A stretch of DNA of 64,000 bases from Diadema antillarum (lineage: Eukaryota). Of this stretch, positions 37,501-49,500 are shown in pieces. The DNA lies in the NCBI RefSeq assembly GCF_040938485.1, contig NW_027271994.1, positions 62,001 to 126,000 on the forward strand. The letters run 5' to 3'. The stretch's first letter is position 1; each line of letters opens with the position of its first letter. The notes below the pieces were generated by a model, which did not search any database, was not told the origin of the DNA, and saw only the letters and a program-made list of their open reading frames with translations. Both the position numbers and the translations under genes were made by a program.

Positions 37501-40500
37501 GGACGAGTTTCCATGGGCGATGTTGGCAAACGGTCCAGCATGGACAAACACTGGGTTACCCTGAAAGAAATAGGAGAAAATTGATGAAACAACTCACATA
37601 TGATATACGACACAATGAAGACACAGTTTGACCAAAGTGGGAAGTAACTTAAATGCACAATTTTTATGTTTAGATCCCCATGCTTTCTGAAAATATCACT
37701 GCTGTCTAAGCTACTGTGACATCATTTCCTTTCATTCGTAAAGGTTTGAACAAAAATATGAGATTGATTCATCAACAGATAATAGGCTCATTTCAAATCA
37801 TTTTCATTTACCAAACAAGCTCAAAAAAAAAAAAAAAAATGACACTGGTAAATTAAAATGGTTTCACGTACAACTAAAGATTTTATATCAACTTATTTGG
37901 GAAATTTGCAAAGACTAATTCAATGACACTTTTTCTTTTGCTTTCCTTAAAAAATGGGTAATTAGAAAACACGCTTCTTCTTTTTTTTACAAAAAAATAC
38001 GATAATCACATTAATCATAATCACAGCATTCATAATCATCATCATCACCACCACCACCACCAGTCACAAGTTTCATCATTTTCCAAATTATCCCCATCAC
38101 CTTCAACATTTAAATGATCATCATTACACCCAGGCAACCCCATTATCATTGCAAACATCCCCCTTTCAGTCATTATTACCTCCAGAGTCTGCATGAGGTT
38201 TGGTTTGATGGCGTCCTTCATGAGCACGGTGAGGGCCCCGCCCAGACCGAGGTCATCTGCCGTCACGGGCTCGCCCTGCTTGTTGCTGGCGACGACGATC
38301 TTGCCCAGGCGCTGGCGCATGTCGGCCAGGTTGTTGGTCAGGGCGAGAATGGCCATGATCTCGCTGGCCACTGTGATGTCGAACTGGGTCTCGCGAGTGA
38401 AGCCCTTTTCGGTCGGGGACTGTCCGATTGTGATCTTGCGCAGGTAGCGGTCATTAGTGTCCATCACTGCAACATGGAAGCAGCATTATCAATAACAATG
38501 AATGATATTAAGTCATGTCAATTGTCCTTGCTCCTACAAAAACAATACAGGACACAGATATTGAAAAAATAAAAGGTTGGACCCACCTTTTATTAGGATC
38601 TCTTTGTTTCTGGATATCTCGGCCATTTCAAAACCGATTTCCGTCAAATAATCTTTGAACTCCTCTTAGAATTGTATGTACATAAAAGAAGTTTCTAATC
38701 ATCTCGTAAAAAGTTAAAACCTGAATTCCCATCCCAACTGAAACTATACTAACCTTCTAAATTCTCATGTAGAATACATCACCAGTAAACCACTGTAAAA
38801 CGAGGAATGTTCGCGTGCATTCTAATTTCGCGAATTTCGCGAGCGGCAACATTCGCGAAATTAAAATGCACACGAAAGTTCTTGCCTACACAATATGCAC
38901 TGGATGCCAGTGTCAAGTCGCGAAAATTTCATGCTACGATAAACGCTGTCGGCTCCAATTCGCAAAATTTTCATGCCGCGAATATATCGTGTTTTACAGT
39001 ATGTAATAACTTTAGAGATTTGACAGAGACCAATGGACTGACCTCGCTGCCATGTGATGGTTGAAATATCGATGTCCAAACGGGCAAACTTGTGAATCTC
39101 CTCCTCAGTCAAGTCATCAGGGTTTGTTTTGTCAATGCCAAGACGCTGGGAGAAGGGGGAATAAGATAGTTCAGAAAAACTCTAGTTATAAGACACAACT
39201 CTTTTCCAACTTCCTGTAAGACTTTGCAATTTTATGACAATGCAATTACTGCAGAAACCTGGTGTACAAACATATATGCTCTTTGTCTACAATAGAACTT
39301 GAATGCAATCAAGAGAATGAGCCGGAAAGTTGAACACTTGCTGCCTAGCTACAGGGGAAACACATTCATCATCTTTATCATACATTGGGATTTAACTTTG
39401 TCAATAGTGAAAGGTTGCCCTCCATAGTCATCTGGATCATCACTGACCCTCCTCTGCCTTTTGTCTGTTCACCCTCCTTTACCTGTTGGGCTCTTTGCCC
39501 ATGACCTCCAACCCTCCCCTTTTGTGTTTTCTTTGTTCTGTGTCCTAAGCCTTCCCCTGACTGTTCTTGTTGTGTGTAGTCCTTATATGTGATTGCTTTC
39601 CCTGCCTGTTTTGTCATTTTGCCTCTGACGAAGATTCTGCTAGGATTGAAAGCTCAGGCCCCTTTTGACTCCATTTTACTCCATCGGCTTGCCACTATTG
39701 GATAAGCAGTTTTCAGCAGCTTTTTTTTTGCTACACTTTGTCAATTATCTGTTAGGTTTCAGCCATTGATATTTCAAGTTACTGACATGAGTATTCACGA
39801 TAATCATCATACCTTCAGCCTGCCGAGCTGGATGTCGGAAAATGCACGCTGGCCCTTCTTGGTTGGCACAAGTCTGCCATAGAGGGCAGAGTCCGTCTGG
39901 GTGGATTCGTGGAAGATCCTGGCATCGATGGCCGCAGCCAGGAGGTTGTTGGCTGCTGTGATGGCATGGATGTCCCCAGTCAGATGAAGATTAAACTAAA
40001 CAAGAAACATGGGATTAAAAAAAAAATGAAACAAACACAATTTTCATATGTCATCACTGACAACCTTAATCTGAATACATCAGCCACATAAAAATACTAT
40101 GGTTTCAAAGCCTCTCTTGGCATTCTAAAACGAAGCAAAAAGGAAGCAAAATTAGGTATTTGCCACAAAGGACTCATTAGAAACCCATGTGAATACAATG
40201 AATTCAAACTCATGTTGAGATACAAGAGAACATGATAACATGGAAATAAGTAAGCATATACAAACAACCTCTGGTCATCATACCTCAATATGATATCCTT
40301 ACAAACCAGCAGTAGAAAGAACCTGTATCTGAACTGGTTACCAAGATTTCTGTTGAGCCCCAACAAAAGGCATGAAAAAGCCCTGGCATACCTCTTTAAA
40401 CTTTGGCCATGTTGGCAGTGACCTTGTAACTCTTGTGGTACAGTGATAAAAGCTGTGAAGGAATTTAATAATGCCTCTGACTTCTCAAAATTCTTGAGTT

Positions 40501-43500
40501 TTAAAGACAATAACATCAATAACTTTCCTTGTCAGAGTGAACAGTCTTAAATGTGTTCGTCAAACAGAATGAAAAGAATAAATCCCAAAATAAAAGAAAA
40601 AAAAACGTGATATCAAATGACTGTATTTTCAGTGCCACAAGATGCAGGTTGCTTTCCAAACACATATTTATTGACTTTTGTCACTGGTGTTCTTTCTGTG
40701 ATCTTGAGGGGATTAAGAATAGTACTTTGTGGTTTTAAAGCTCTTTTCTTGCATATCCACAGTATTAAATTCCTTTATATATTTTTAATTCATGTGAAAA
40801 GAACCCCATCTGCGATGGACACACATGGGATCAACAGATCAATAATTCCCCATATCCTTACCTCTTCCATGGGAATGACTTGTGCATATCCGCCCCCGGC
40901 TGCCCCGCCCTTGATACCGAACGTCGGCCCCTGAGAGGGTTGACGGACACAGGCAAACACATTCTTCCTGAGGTGGGATCCCAGGGCTTGCGTCAGGCCA
41001 ATTGTGGTGGTACTCTTGCCCTCTCCCAGCGGGGTTGGGGTAATCCTAAGAACAAACGTTAACACTGATTAAATATCATAGATCCAGATTAGCCACTACT
41101 ATCTAATTCTGCTGCTCCTTGCTCTTTAGAATTTAGACTGTAGATCCGCAAGCACATTGGCTATCAATGCTGCACAATTCGCCAGAAATGTTTCACAGAT
41201 TTAAAAAAAAGCCTTTTGTTACGTCAGAAGCTTTCTCTCCCAAATGACAAATCTTTGTAAATTACTTTATGATTTTGCAAATATAATGATTTATAATGGC
41301 TCCTTTTATTCTCGTCCAAGTACAGTATACTCAGTAAAATTCAGAGTTGCCAATTCAACGAAACAATTTCTGCAGCAAAACCACTCCAGAAATCCTATGA
41401 TCCAATAATTCAAGTCATTTCAATTCAGTTAAATTTTATTTCCAAATACCATTCATTCTATGGTGCACGGAACATTTCCATTCTCGATACAGTAATACAA
41501 AATTTAACAAAGTGTCAGTGGCATAGCTGTTTGAATTTGTGTGTGTGTGTGCGTGTGCATTCAGTGGCATAGCTGTTTGAATTTGTGTGTGTGTGTATGC
41601 GTGTGCATAATCCAGTCTACTCACCCCCCAACCACAATGTACTTTCCGGGAGCCCTGTCCTTCAGTCGGTCCAGGACCGTCAGAGATATCTTGGCCTTGG
41701 TCTTGCCGTAGAAGTCAATTTCGCTGGGCAGGAGCTGCAGTTCCTGGGCCAGCTCTGAGACTTCCTTGGGCTTCTGGGCTCTGGAGACCTCGATGTCTGA
41801 GGGCACGGGGTCCTTCGGTCTGAGTTGGAGGTAGCGCATTTTCCACTGGTCGCCCTACACCACAATGTGAAGAAATTGCCAATGTGATCAAATAAGTTAG
41901 GACAGTTATGGAACAGTTTCATTGATACAGAAAATATTATTGCATATCAATGAGTAGCAGGTCAAAGTGGAACATGATGTTGAGAGTGCCAGCAAATACA
42001 AAACTTTCACTGGCGCCAAGGCAATCTCTAGCCTCATGCATTATCGTAGATTCAATACGTGAAACTTAATAGCGATTCAAGCTCACACCATTGCAGTTTG
42101 TTGTTGAGAAAAGTTTGAAACACAGCAAAAAATATGTGAAGCAAATCATGCACACACCTATTTTGGAACTCCAAGGGACAACATAAAACATTTCGCCCAC
42201 TTGTTCAGACGGGCAGTCAGGCAAAGGGTGAGAAACAGGACAGCCTCCATTCATTTTATTTGCCCAGCCATAAGCGAGCACATGGGTTTTTGCAGCACCC
42301 CGATAACTCACCAGCGTCCCTTCCACAGTCCTCTTGGCACTCTCCACCGTGTTGCCCATCAGCATGGCCACCGTCATGGGCCCTACTCCTCCCGGAACGG
42401 GGGTGATGGCGCCCGCCACTTCCCTCACTGCGTTGTAGTCGACATCCCCCACCATCTTCCTGCCAGTCTTGGAGAATGGATCTATAGCGACACAGAGAGA
42501 GGTGCGGTTAAATGATGAGAGTCACAGGTAGCATCTCATGAAACCATTACAATGGGAGCAGTCTAACACTTTAGTTTGATGTGAACATTAACAAATAAAA
42601 GATGAGCATACCAATGATTGGAAAGTATATAATCTGTGGCTAAATAGTGATGAATATATTTGTATCTAATATATGACATGAAATATCTCATATCTGTTGT
42701 CTACACATGAACTGAGCTACACACAACACTATGAAAGGACAAGACACTGTAAAGACATGGCATTCCTACATGTTTTCTTTTATTCGAGAGTCAAGAATTT
42801 GCTTCCTTAGTTGACCTGAAATCATGAAAAGGAATGATTCTGTTATTACTTTCTAAACACAGACAGTGCTATAGCACTTCAGCACATGGAGCTTCACAGT
42901 TTTATCAATCATTTCCATTCATTGAGATGCAGAATCATTTTCTTCAAAGCCCCTTGCTAACACCTACTTTCTAATATAGAAGGCAGGTTTAGGATTTCAC
43001 CGCATGTTATGACTGCAGGGTATATAATGTAGTCTTGAAAAAGACTGTTTTATGAAGTCTTGAAAAAGACTGTTTTATGCAGTCTTGAAAAAGACTGTTT
43101 TATGCAGTCTTGAAAAAGACTGTTTTATGTAGTCTTGAAAAAGACTGTTTTATGTATTGTTTCCAAACAATACCACATGTAACTGCTCTGATGACAGAGT
43201 TCTAATAATTTTTCATTTCAATTCTTTGCATTGACAACTTCAGCAACAATGTAGGAAGAACAGCAAAACTGACTGATATTTCTCTTCCTTTAACATTTGT
43301 TAAATCTCTTATGAGTTTGCAGTTTTATAGTTACATTGAATTTTACCACGTAACTTACAAAACCAGTTCTTTACATAGGATATTTATAAGACAGAGACAC
43401 TGTTGACTAGAAGGAATGAAGGCCTAATTTCTACCCGGGCAGGTATGTTAACATGGCATGAGAAAATGGCAAGTAGGAGCAAGCTGATCTGGAAAATGAA

Positions 43501-46500
43501 AACCAATGGCTAATTTGCATAATGTCATAGCACATTCATGCACACATGAATAAATCAATACAGGAAAGCACTAGAAAGAAGTGAACACTATATATTTCAA
43601 TGGTACATTACAAATGCCACATTCACTTTTTAGCAGAAAGTTTTAGCCACTCGTTTGCATTTGCTTTTTTTTTTGGGGGGGGGGGGTTGGTTGTATAGTG
43701 AAGTCATTTTTTTTTTTTGTACAACTTTTTTTGCAGTCACAGAGAGAGAGAGAGAAAAAACCCATATGTGAGTTAAATTTCTATTCAAACACTGATACCA
43801 GCAAGATAGCAAAGGGTTGAAATATATGACTGATTGAAACTGTCAGTTGATGCTTATTTTGATGGTTGTTAACAGCAGCCAGACATAAATATACTGTATG
43901 TTAACGCCATTCCCACTCATTACAGAAAAGGTTGTCAAGTTACACATGACACACGTAACGCAAACTGTATCAAGCAGTGCCAACCCCCCATAATACACTG
44001 AATGCTTCTTCATTTGTATGTCGTTTACAAGTACACTGATTTCCACAGAACAGACTGCTGAATTGGAATGTTGGGAGGGGGGGGGGGGGGGGGACAGCAC
44101 GAAATGTACAAAATCAACATCAAGTGAGCAAATGCCGACATGGCATCCCAGTTATTTTGTTCTCATGGTCAAAATTTTAGAATTCATTTATAGTAATGAA
44201 GATCCTTTTTCTAATAGATGCTGAGGCAAATGTTTCATGAGTCAAAGAAAAAGAAACCAAACCAAATCAAACCATAAAACTTAAATAATTTTGCTGCACA
44301 GGCATGACGAAGCACAAGCAGACCAAGAGCATGCATATATATGTACATGTATGCTGTTTGTACAGAACACTTTATGGTACTCAATGTAACACAGTCATGC
44401 AGGTACAATGTGCATACAGTAGTAGATAATCTTATGGTGGAATGACAAGACACAATAGTATAGCAAGGTGAATGCATTTCAGATGTGGGCAAAGAGTGTG
44501 GTGTCAATATAATACCTCAATGATGTAACTAGAGTTTAAAGTTCATGGAACTGTATGCATTCAGATGTTCTACCCAATCCCAAACACTGCACATCCTATG
44601 TGGAATAACGATCCCTTCAACAGCAAACAGAAAAGGGTAAAAAGAGACTTTGAAAGAGTTTGTGTTTGATCTTTTGATTAGTAAAAGAACAGTGTGCACA
44701 CAACTGACCTGATCACAGAATGACCACATTTCGGTCAGAAGCATTCAGAACACAGGCATTTGATAGTCATTCACTTGTAGAAACCTGGAATAATCTCAAC
44801 AGAAATATTCACTAAAGTCATATTACAATTATCTTAAACCCCCCCCCTCCCATCACCCTCACCCTCTCCAACCCCCTCCCACACCCACACCCCCACCCCC
44901 CACCCCCCCAAAAAATGCACTTATGAATTCACAATGTGAATCATTAGTTTTACGCTTAACAGCAAAACAAAAACCAAAAATTTTCAGATAACTTGAATGT
45001 TCGGAAGAATTGAAATATGTTTCTTTCTTTTCTCCATCTTCCAAGAGAAAACAATCTTACATGTACAACATAAAAATGTCATGCTTAGTAGGAATCAGTA
45101 ATGAATTCATGCCGCTGTTTTATCTGTCTCATTTCAATGGCTAGGAGGAAGAAATTGTTGAAGACACTGGCTGGTAGCCTTCAATCTACCGGTATGTGAA
45201 TATTGCAGGGCAAGATCAGAAGTGGCACTGAGGGAGAGCAAAAAAGATGTGTGCCCTTACAGAATTCATCCCCCACCCCCCCCCCCCAAAAAAAGCCCTT
45301 CATTTTATTTATTAAAGGCTACCTCCAGCCTGCAGATCTAACGACAAGGGACAGCTCCTTCCATTAGCGGGGGAAGACATCGTTAGATTGAGGTGATTTC
45401 GGCCAGCCATGCAAAATACTAGAAGTCTCAAGAGCCGGTGCAGTGTTGTAAAGGCAGATGGCATAAATTGACTTGGAATGCGTGGGCGGAGTGATACAGT
45501 GTATACCCCCCCCCCCCCCCCCCCCCCCCATCTCAGACGAAGAATACCATCTCCTCCACTGACGGTAAGATGAGGAGGAAATTACATGAGGGATGGTGGA
45601 GCATAGGTTGGAGACAGAATGCATGAGCAGAATGACGCAGCCCACAGCACGAGATATGATGAGTTGGGGTGATGTTAATGAAATTTCGGAGCAGCTTCAT
45701 GTCAGCAGTCAAAAAATCATAATTTTTCTTCCCTAAAAATAGTAAAATGCTCTTTTATTGCCTGGTTTTAAAAAGTTAGGGATAAAGTACATGTACATAT
45801 GTGCAGTGTTAGTCATTTATTTTTTTCAGCTGAAGCATAGCTGTTAGCCACCTTTCCCTTGAAGAAAAAAAAATGCACAACAGATTAACAGATTAAGAAG
45901 TAAAGAAGAAATAATGCATAAAATCATAGAAATGAGAAGAAAAAATGAAAGGTGGTATTATCATGTGGAATCAACAGATTGCCCCATGCGGTCCTCTGGT
46001 AATGTCATTACAGCTACAGATCCTACAGCTTTTGCCCATGAGTGATGACCAGTGAGTGATTTTTTGAAGCCGTATTTACTGATTTTTTTTTTATCATTAT
46101 GAGTCTTTTTAATTATAGTAAAATGAGAAGAAAAAAACAAATCAGTGGGCAAAGGAAGATGATTTGGTCAATTTTACATTAACAGCATGAAAGTGAAGTT
46201 TTCATGACAATGAATTGGCCCACAAGGAGACCATACTAAACAAAGTAGAAACAAGGAAGTATCTGATCATTGTACAGAGCTGCTTTTTCTGTCTTTTTGC
46301 ACTGTTCTTGAAAACAAAAGACACATAAAATCCTCTCAAAATGTGGCCCTTGACAATACTTTAAATCTGCCTCAGCACTTCATTTATACAGTACAGTTGG
46401 AAACTGGAACTCTTAAAAGAACAGTTAAGGTTCTCACACAAGAACAAGCCCTTCCCACTGAGCAGGTACTATTATACTACAAAAACTTTTGTTTTACTGT

Positions 46501-49500
46501 GACATTGTGAATATTATAGTATTTTATGAAACCTACAGAATAAGCCACAGTAAATGATCACACAACATTACAAATCTTAGATGCCCCAATGATAATTTAC
46601 GTAATATTGGCTTGCGGCATACGAGACGACACATTTGAAAAGGCAGAGCATATGACACTTTTATGATACAATCACACCAAGCATTTCGTCTTAACCTTCC
46701 AACCCAAGTTTGCATGGGTCTTTGACAAAATCAGCAAAATCATGTGATAATGGAACATGCGATTGGTAGTAAACGAACCATGCTTTTGTGGTGAATGTAC
46801 TGAAAATGATATCAGGTAAACATGTACATTTGTATCTGAAAAATTTTGACAATGTGATGAGCTCAGAATCATTCTTACTGAGAATGCCTGTAAAGACTAC
46901 ATAACAGAACCTTTATAAGTGTGTGAAATACGATAAATATTAAGATAAGGTGTCAAAACGTTGACTCATAGTCCTGCTGTGTGGACCTGCCGTCAAAGTT
47001 TGTATTAGTCATCCACTATTGACACCTGTTTCTTGCTGTATATTATATTTGTGCATGGTCAATGAATGACCAACCATACACCTCGGGACAAACACAATAC
47101 ACAAAAACTTCTGACAACTGATTAATGAGTGTGTATACAGTACCATGTGCTTTACTGCATGCAACACTTATGACTCTGTACACGTACAACAGCACACCTA
47201 CACTTTGTATAAGTAACAATCTTTTTCATGTTCTAGGTCCCAAAGTACACAGGATAAGGGGTCCATGTGACGAATATTACAGGAAAAAAGAGGGGGGAAA
47301 AGACAGATGACTTTAGTTGAAGGCTACAAGAAACCATTCTTACCGTCTTCTTCTAACTCAGAGCCTGTTGTGGCATCTGGATTTATAAATGTAATGATAA
47401 ACAAACAATATACACATTATTGGAAGATTTATTCAAAACTGCTTCAATATTACTCTTGTTTTTTTTTCATTACTCAAAGCTCTGCTACACACAAAAGAAA
47501 AAAGAAAAGAAAAGAAAGGAGAATCAACTCCATGCTCCAGCATATACCTCCTGCACAGTAGACATTATACAAAATTCAATGCGAATTTCTTGGGAACCAA
47601 AAGTTTGAACACTCAAGTGCTTCTTTGAGGGAAAAATACATTGTTAATGCACAACAACTGCAACAACAACTTCAACAGACAAACAAACTCCAAGTTTCAT
47701 ACACTCCATGATATAATCTACATGTACAGGACATACCACAGTAATAAGTAAGACAATATTACGAAGCAAGTGTTAATTTCAATGCTTTTGATCATTTTGA
47801 TCTAATTCTGTAACAGTGGAACTTCTAGAAAATGAATTTGTCACACTTGGTTTGAAAAGTGAGGACATTTCCATGCTTTTTGGATGTTTCAACCACGGTT
47901 ACAGAAACTTAAAGAAACAGCTTCCAGTTTTAGTTTCATGGTGGTATTAGATAGTGAAGAATTATCTGCATGCCTCAATTTCCAGCAATATGAAAAAAAA
48001 AAATCAATAAAAAAAATCAGTTTAGGTTTGATCCCTTTCATAATTTACTACAAAAGCCAACAAGAGTTCACAAAAACACTTTTCTTGGAAATGTCCTCCT
48101 CTCTGACATATGCCTTGAATTAATTACAAAATTTGGCTCTATCCCAATACAACACAATAGAAAGGTCAGACATATACAATGCAGTGCCTATAATCTACCT
48201 TCCAGAATCATGCAACAATGGAGGACAACTTAGCACTGGACGGTTCACAAAGTGACTTTTGGAGCAATGCCATATCACATTGAAGTTGACTTATCACAGT
48301 AAAGTTGAATAACTGAATGACACAACTTAAATCTCGCCAACATCTGACACAAGATTTGTTAAATTAGAGAAAAATGAGAGTTTCAAAGTACTTCCTGCAA
48401 GTTCCCTATTGAGGTGATGAAGTCACTGACTCACAACTCACTCCATGGTTGATTGCTTAAATGCAATATCACCTGATGTTCAAATTTTGAGGTATGGTCT
48501 GCTAAAAGAATGAAGTTTATCTGATCATGTCAATTCAGGAAATTTCATAAAAAGGACTTGTGTGAAGGTCAATGGGAGGCTTGTGAGGCCATGATATCAC
48601 ACGTATATCGATGTTTGGTTACTGTATACTAGTACGTCAAATACTTCGCGAGGTTTTTATTTTCGCGAATTTCGTGAGTCGGGTGCTATTCGCAAAATTA
48701 AAGACGTGAAAATATCGACTCTATTCCCGATGTAAATGTGACGTACGCGTACATTTCTCCATTCAGTACAGGACTCCATGATCACAAATTTAACCACTCG
48801 TGAAATCGTCAGGAATTCCAGATTCGCGAAAATATAGACTCGCGAAATATATGGCATATACAGTATAACATACGAATGTTCGAAATTTCATATCTTTCTT
48901 CAGGTGAAAGTTCCATTAAGTGACCTGCACTTTCTTATCTGTGATTAGAGCCAACTTGGAAGATGGAGTGGAGAATAAAACTATTGCCAGAGTGATAAAA
49001 TTTGCAATCAGCTTCTCTGTTACACGTACCATAATGCTTGAATAATCAATCACAGCCTTGGGTGACACAGAACCTTAATTGTCATTCGTAACTTGTGGAG
49101 CAACAAGTCGTCATATCTCAGTCCGAATGTGAATAATCATAATGTCAACATGGGAACGACTATGCCTCTCCTCCTATGACTTTATAATCATAAAATTCTT
49201 TTTACCTACATTATCATGAAAAAGGGCATGCTGTCGCATAAATACTTATGTGGTCCTTGAAAAGGGCAATTTCAGTTTAAAGAGTATTTTATGGGGCTGT
49301 GATGTTTGCTGCTTCACACACATGCTCTGCGAGCTAAATGACAGAAATAATTGTTGGATAAAGGTGCTGAAAGGTAAATATTGCATTACTGCACTCGAGG
49401 CAATCACAGCATGGTGGAAATACACTATGTATACATGGCAGTTTCTAACACATATACTTATTACGGCCTTTTCCATTCATGTGAAGATGAAAATAGTTTA

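Noticed and set aside
40097-40519. 140-aa intronic minus-strand ORF
   Set aside because: No recognisable homology or exon-like composition, and the MTHFD1 frame is complete without it.
43031-43155. CRISPR-like array of palindromic repeats
   Set aside because: The units are directly tandem with no spacers, there are no cas genes, and the context is a eukaryotic intron.
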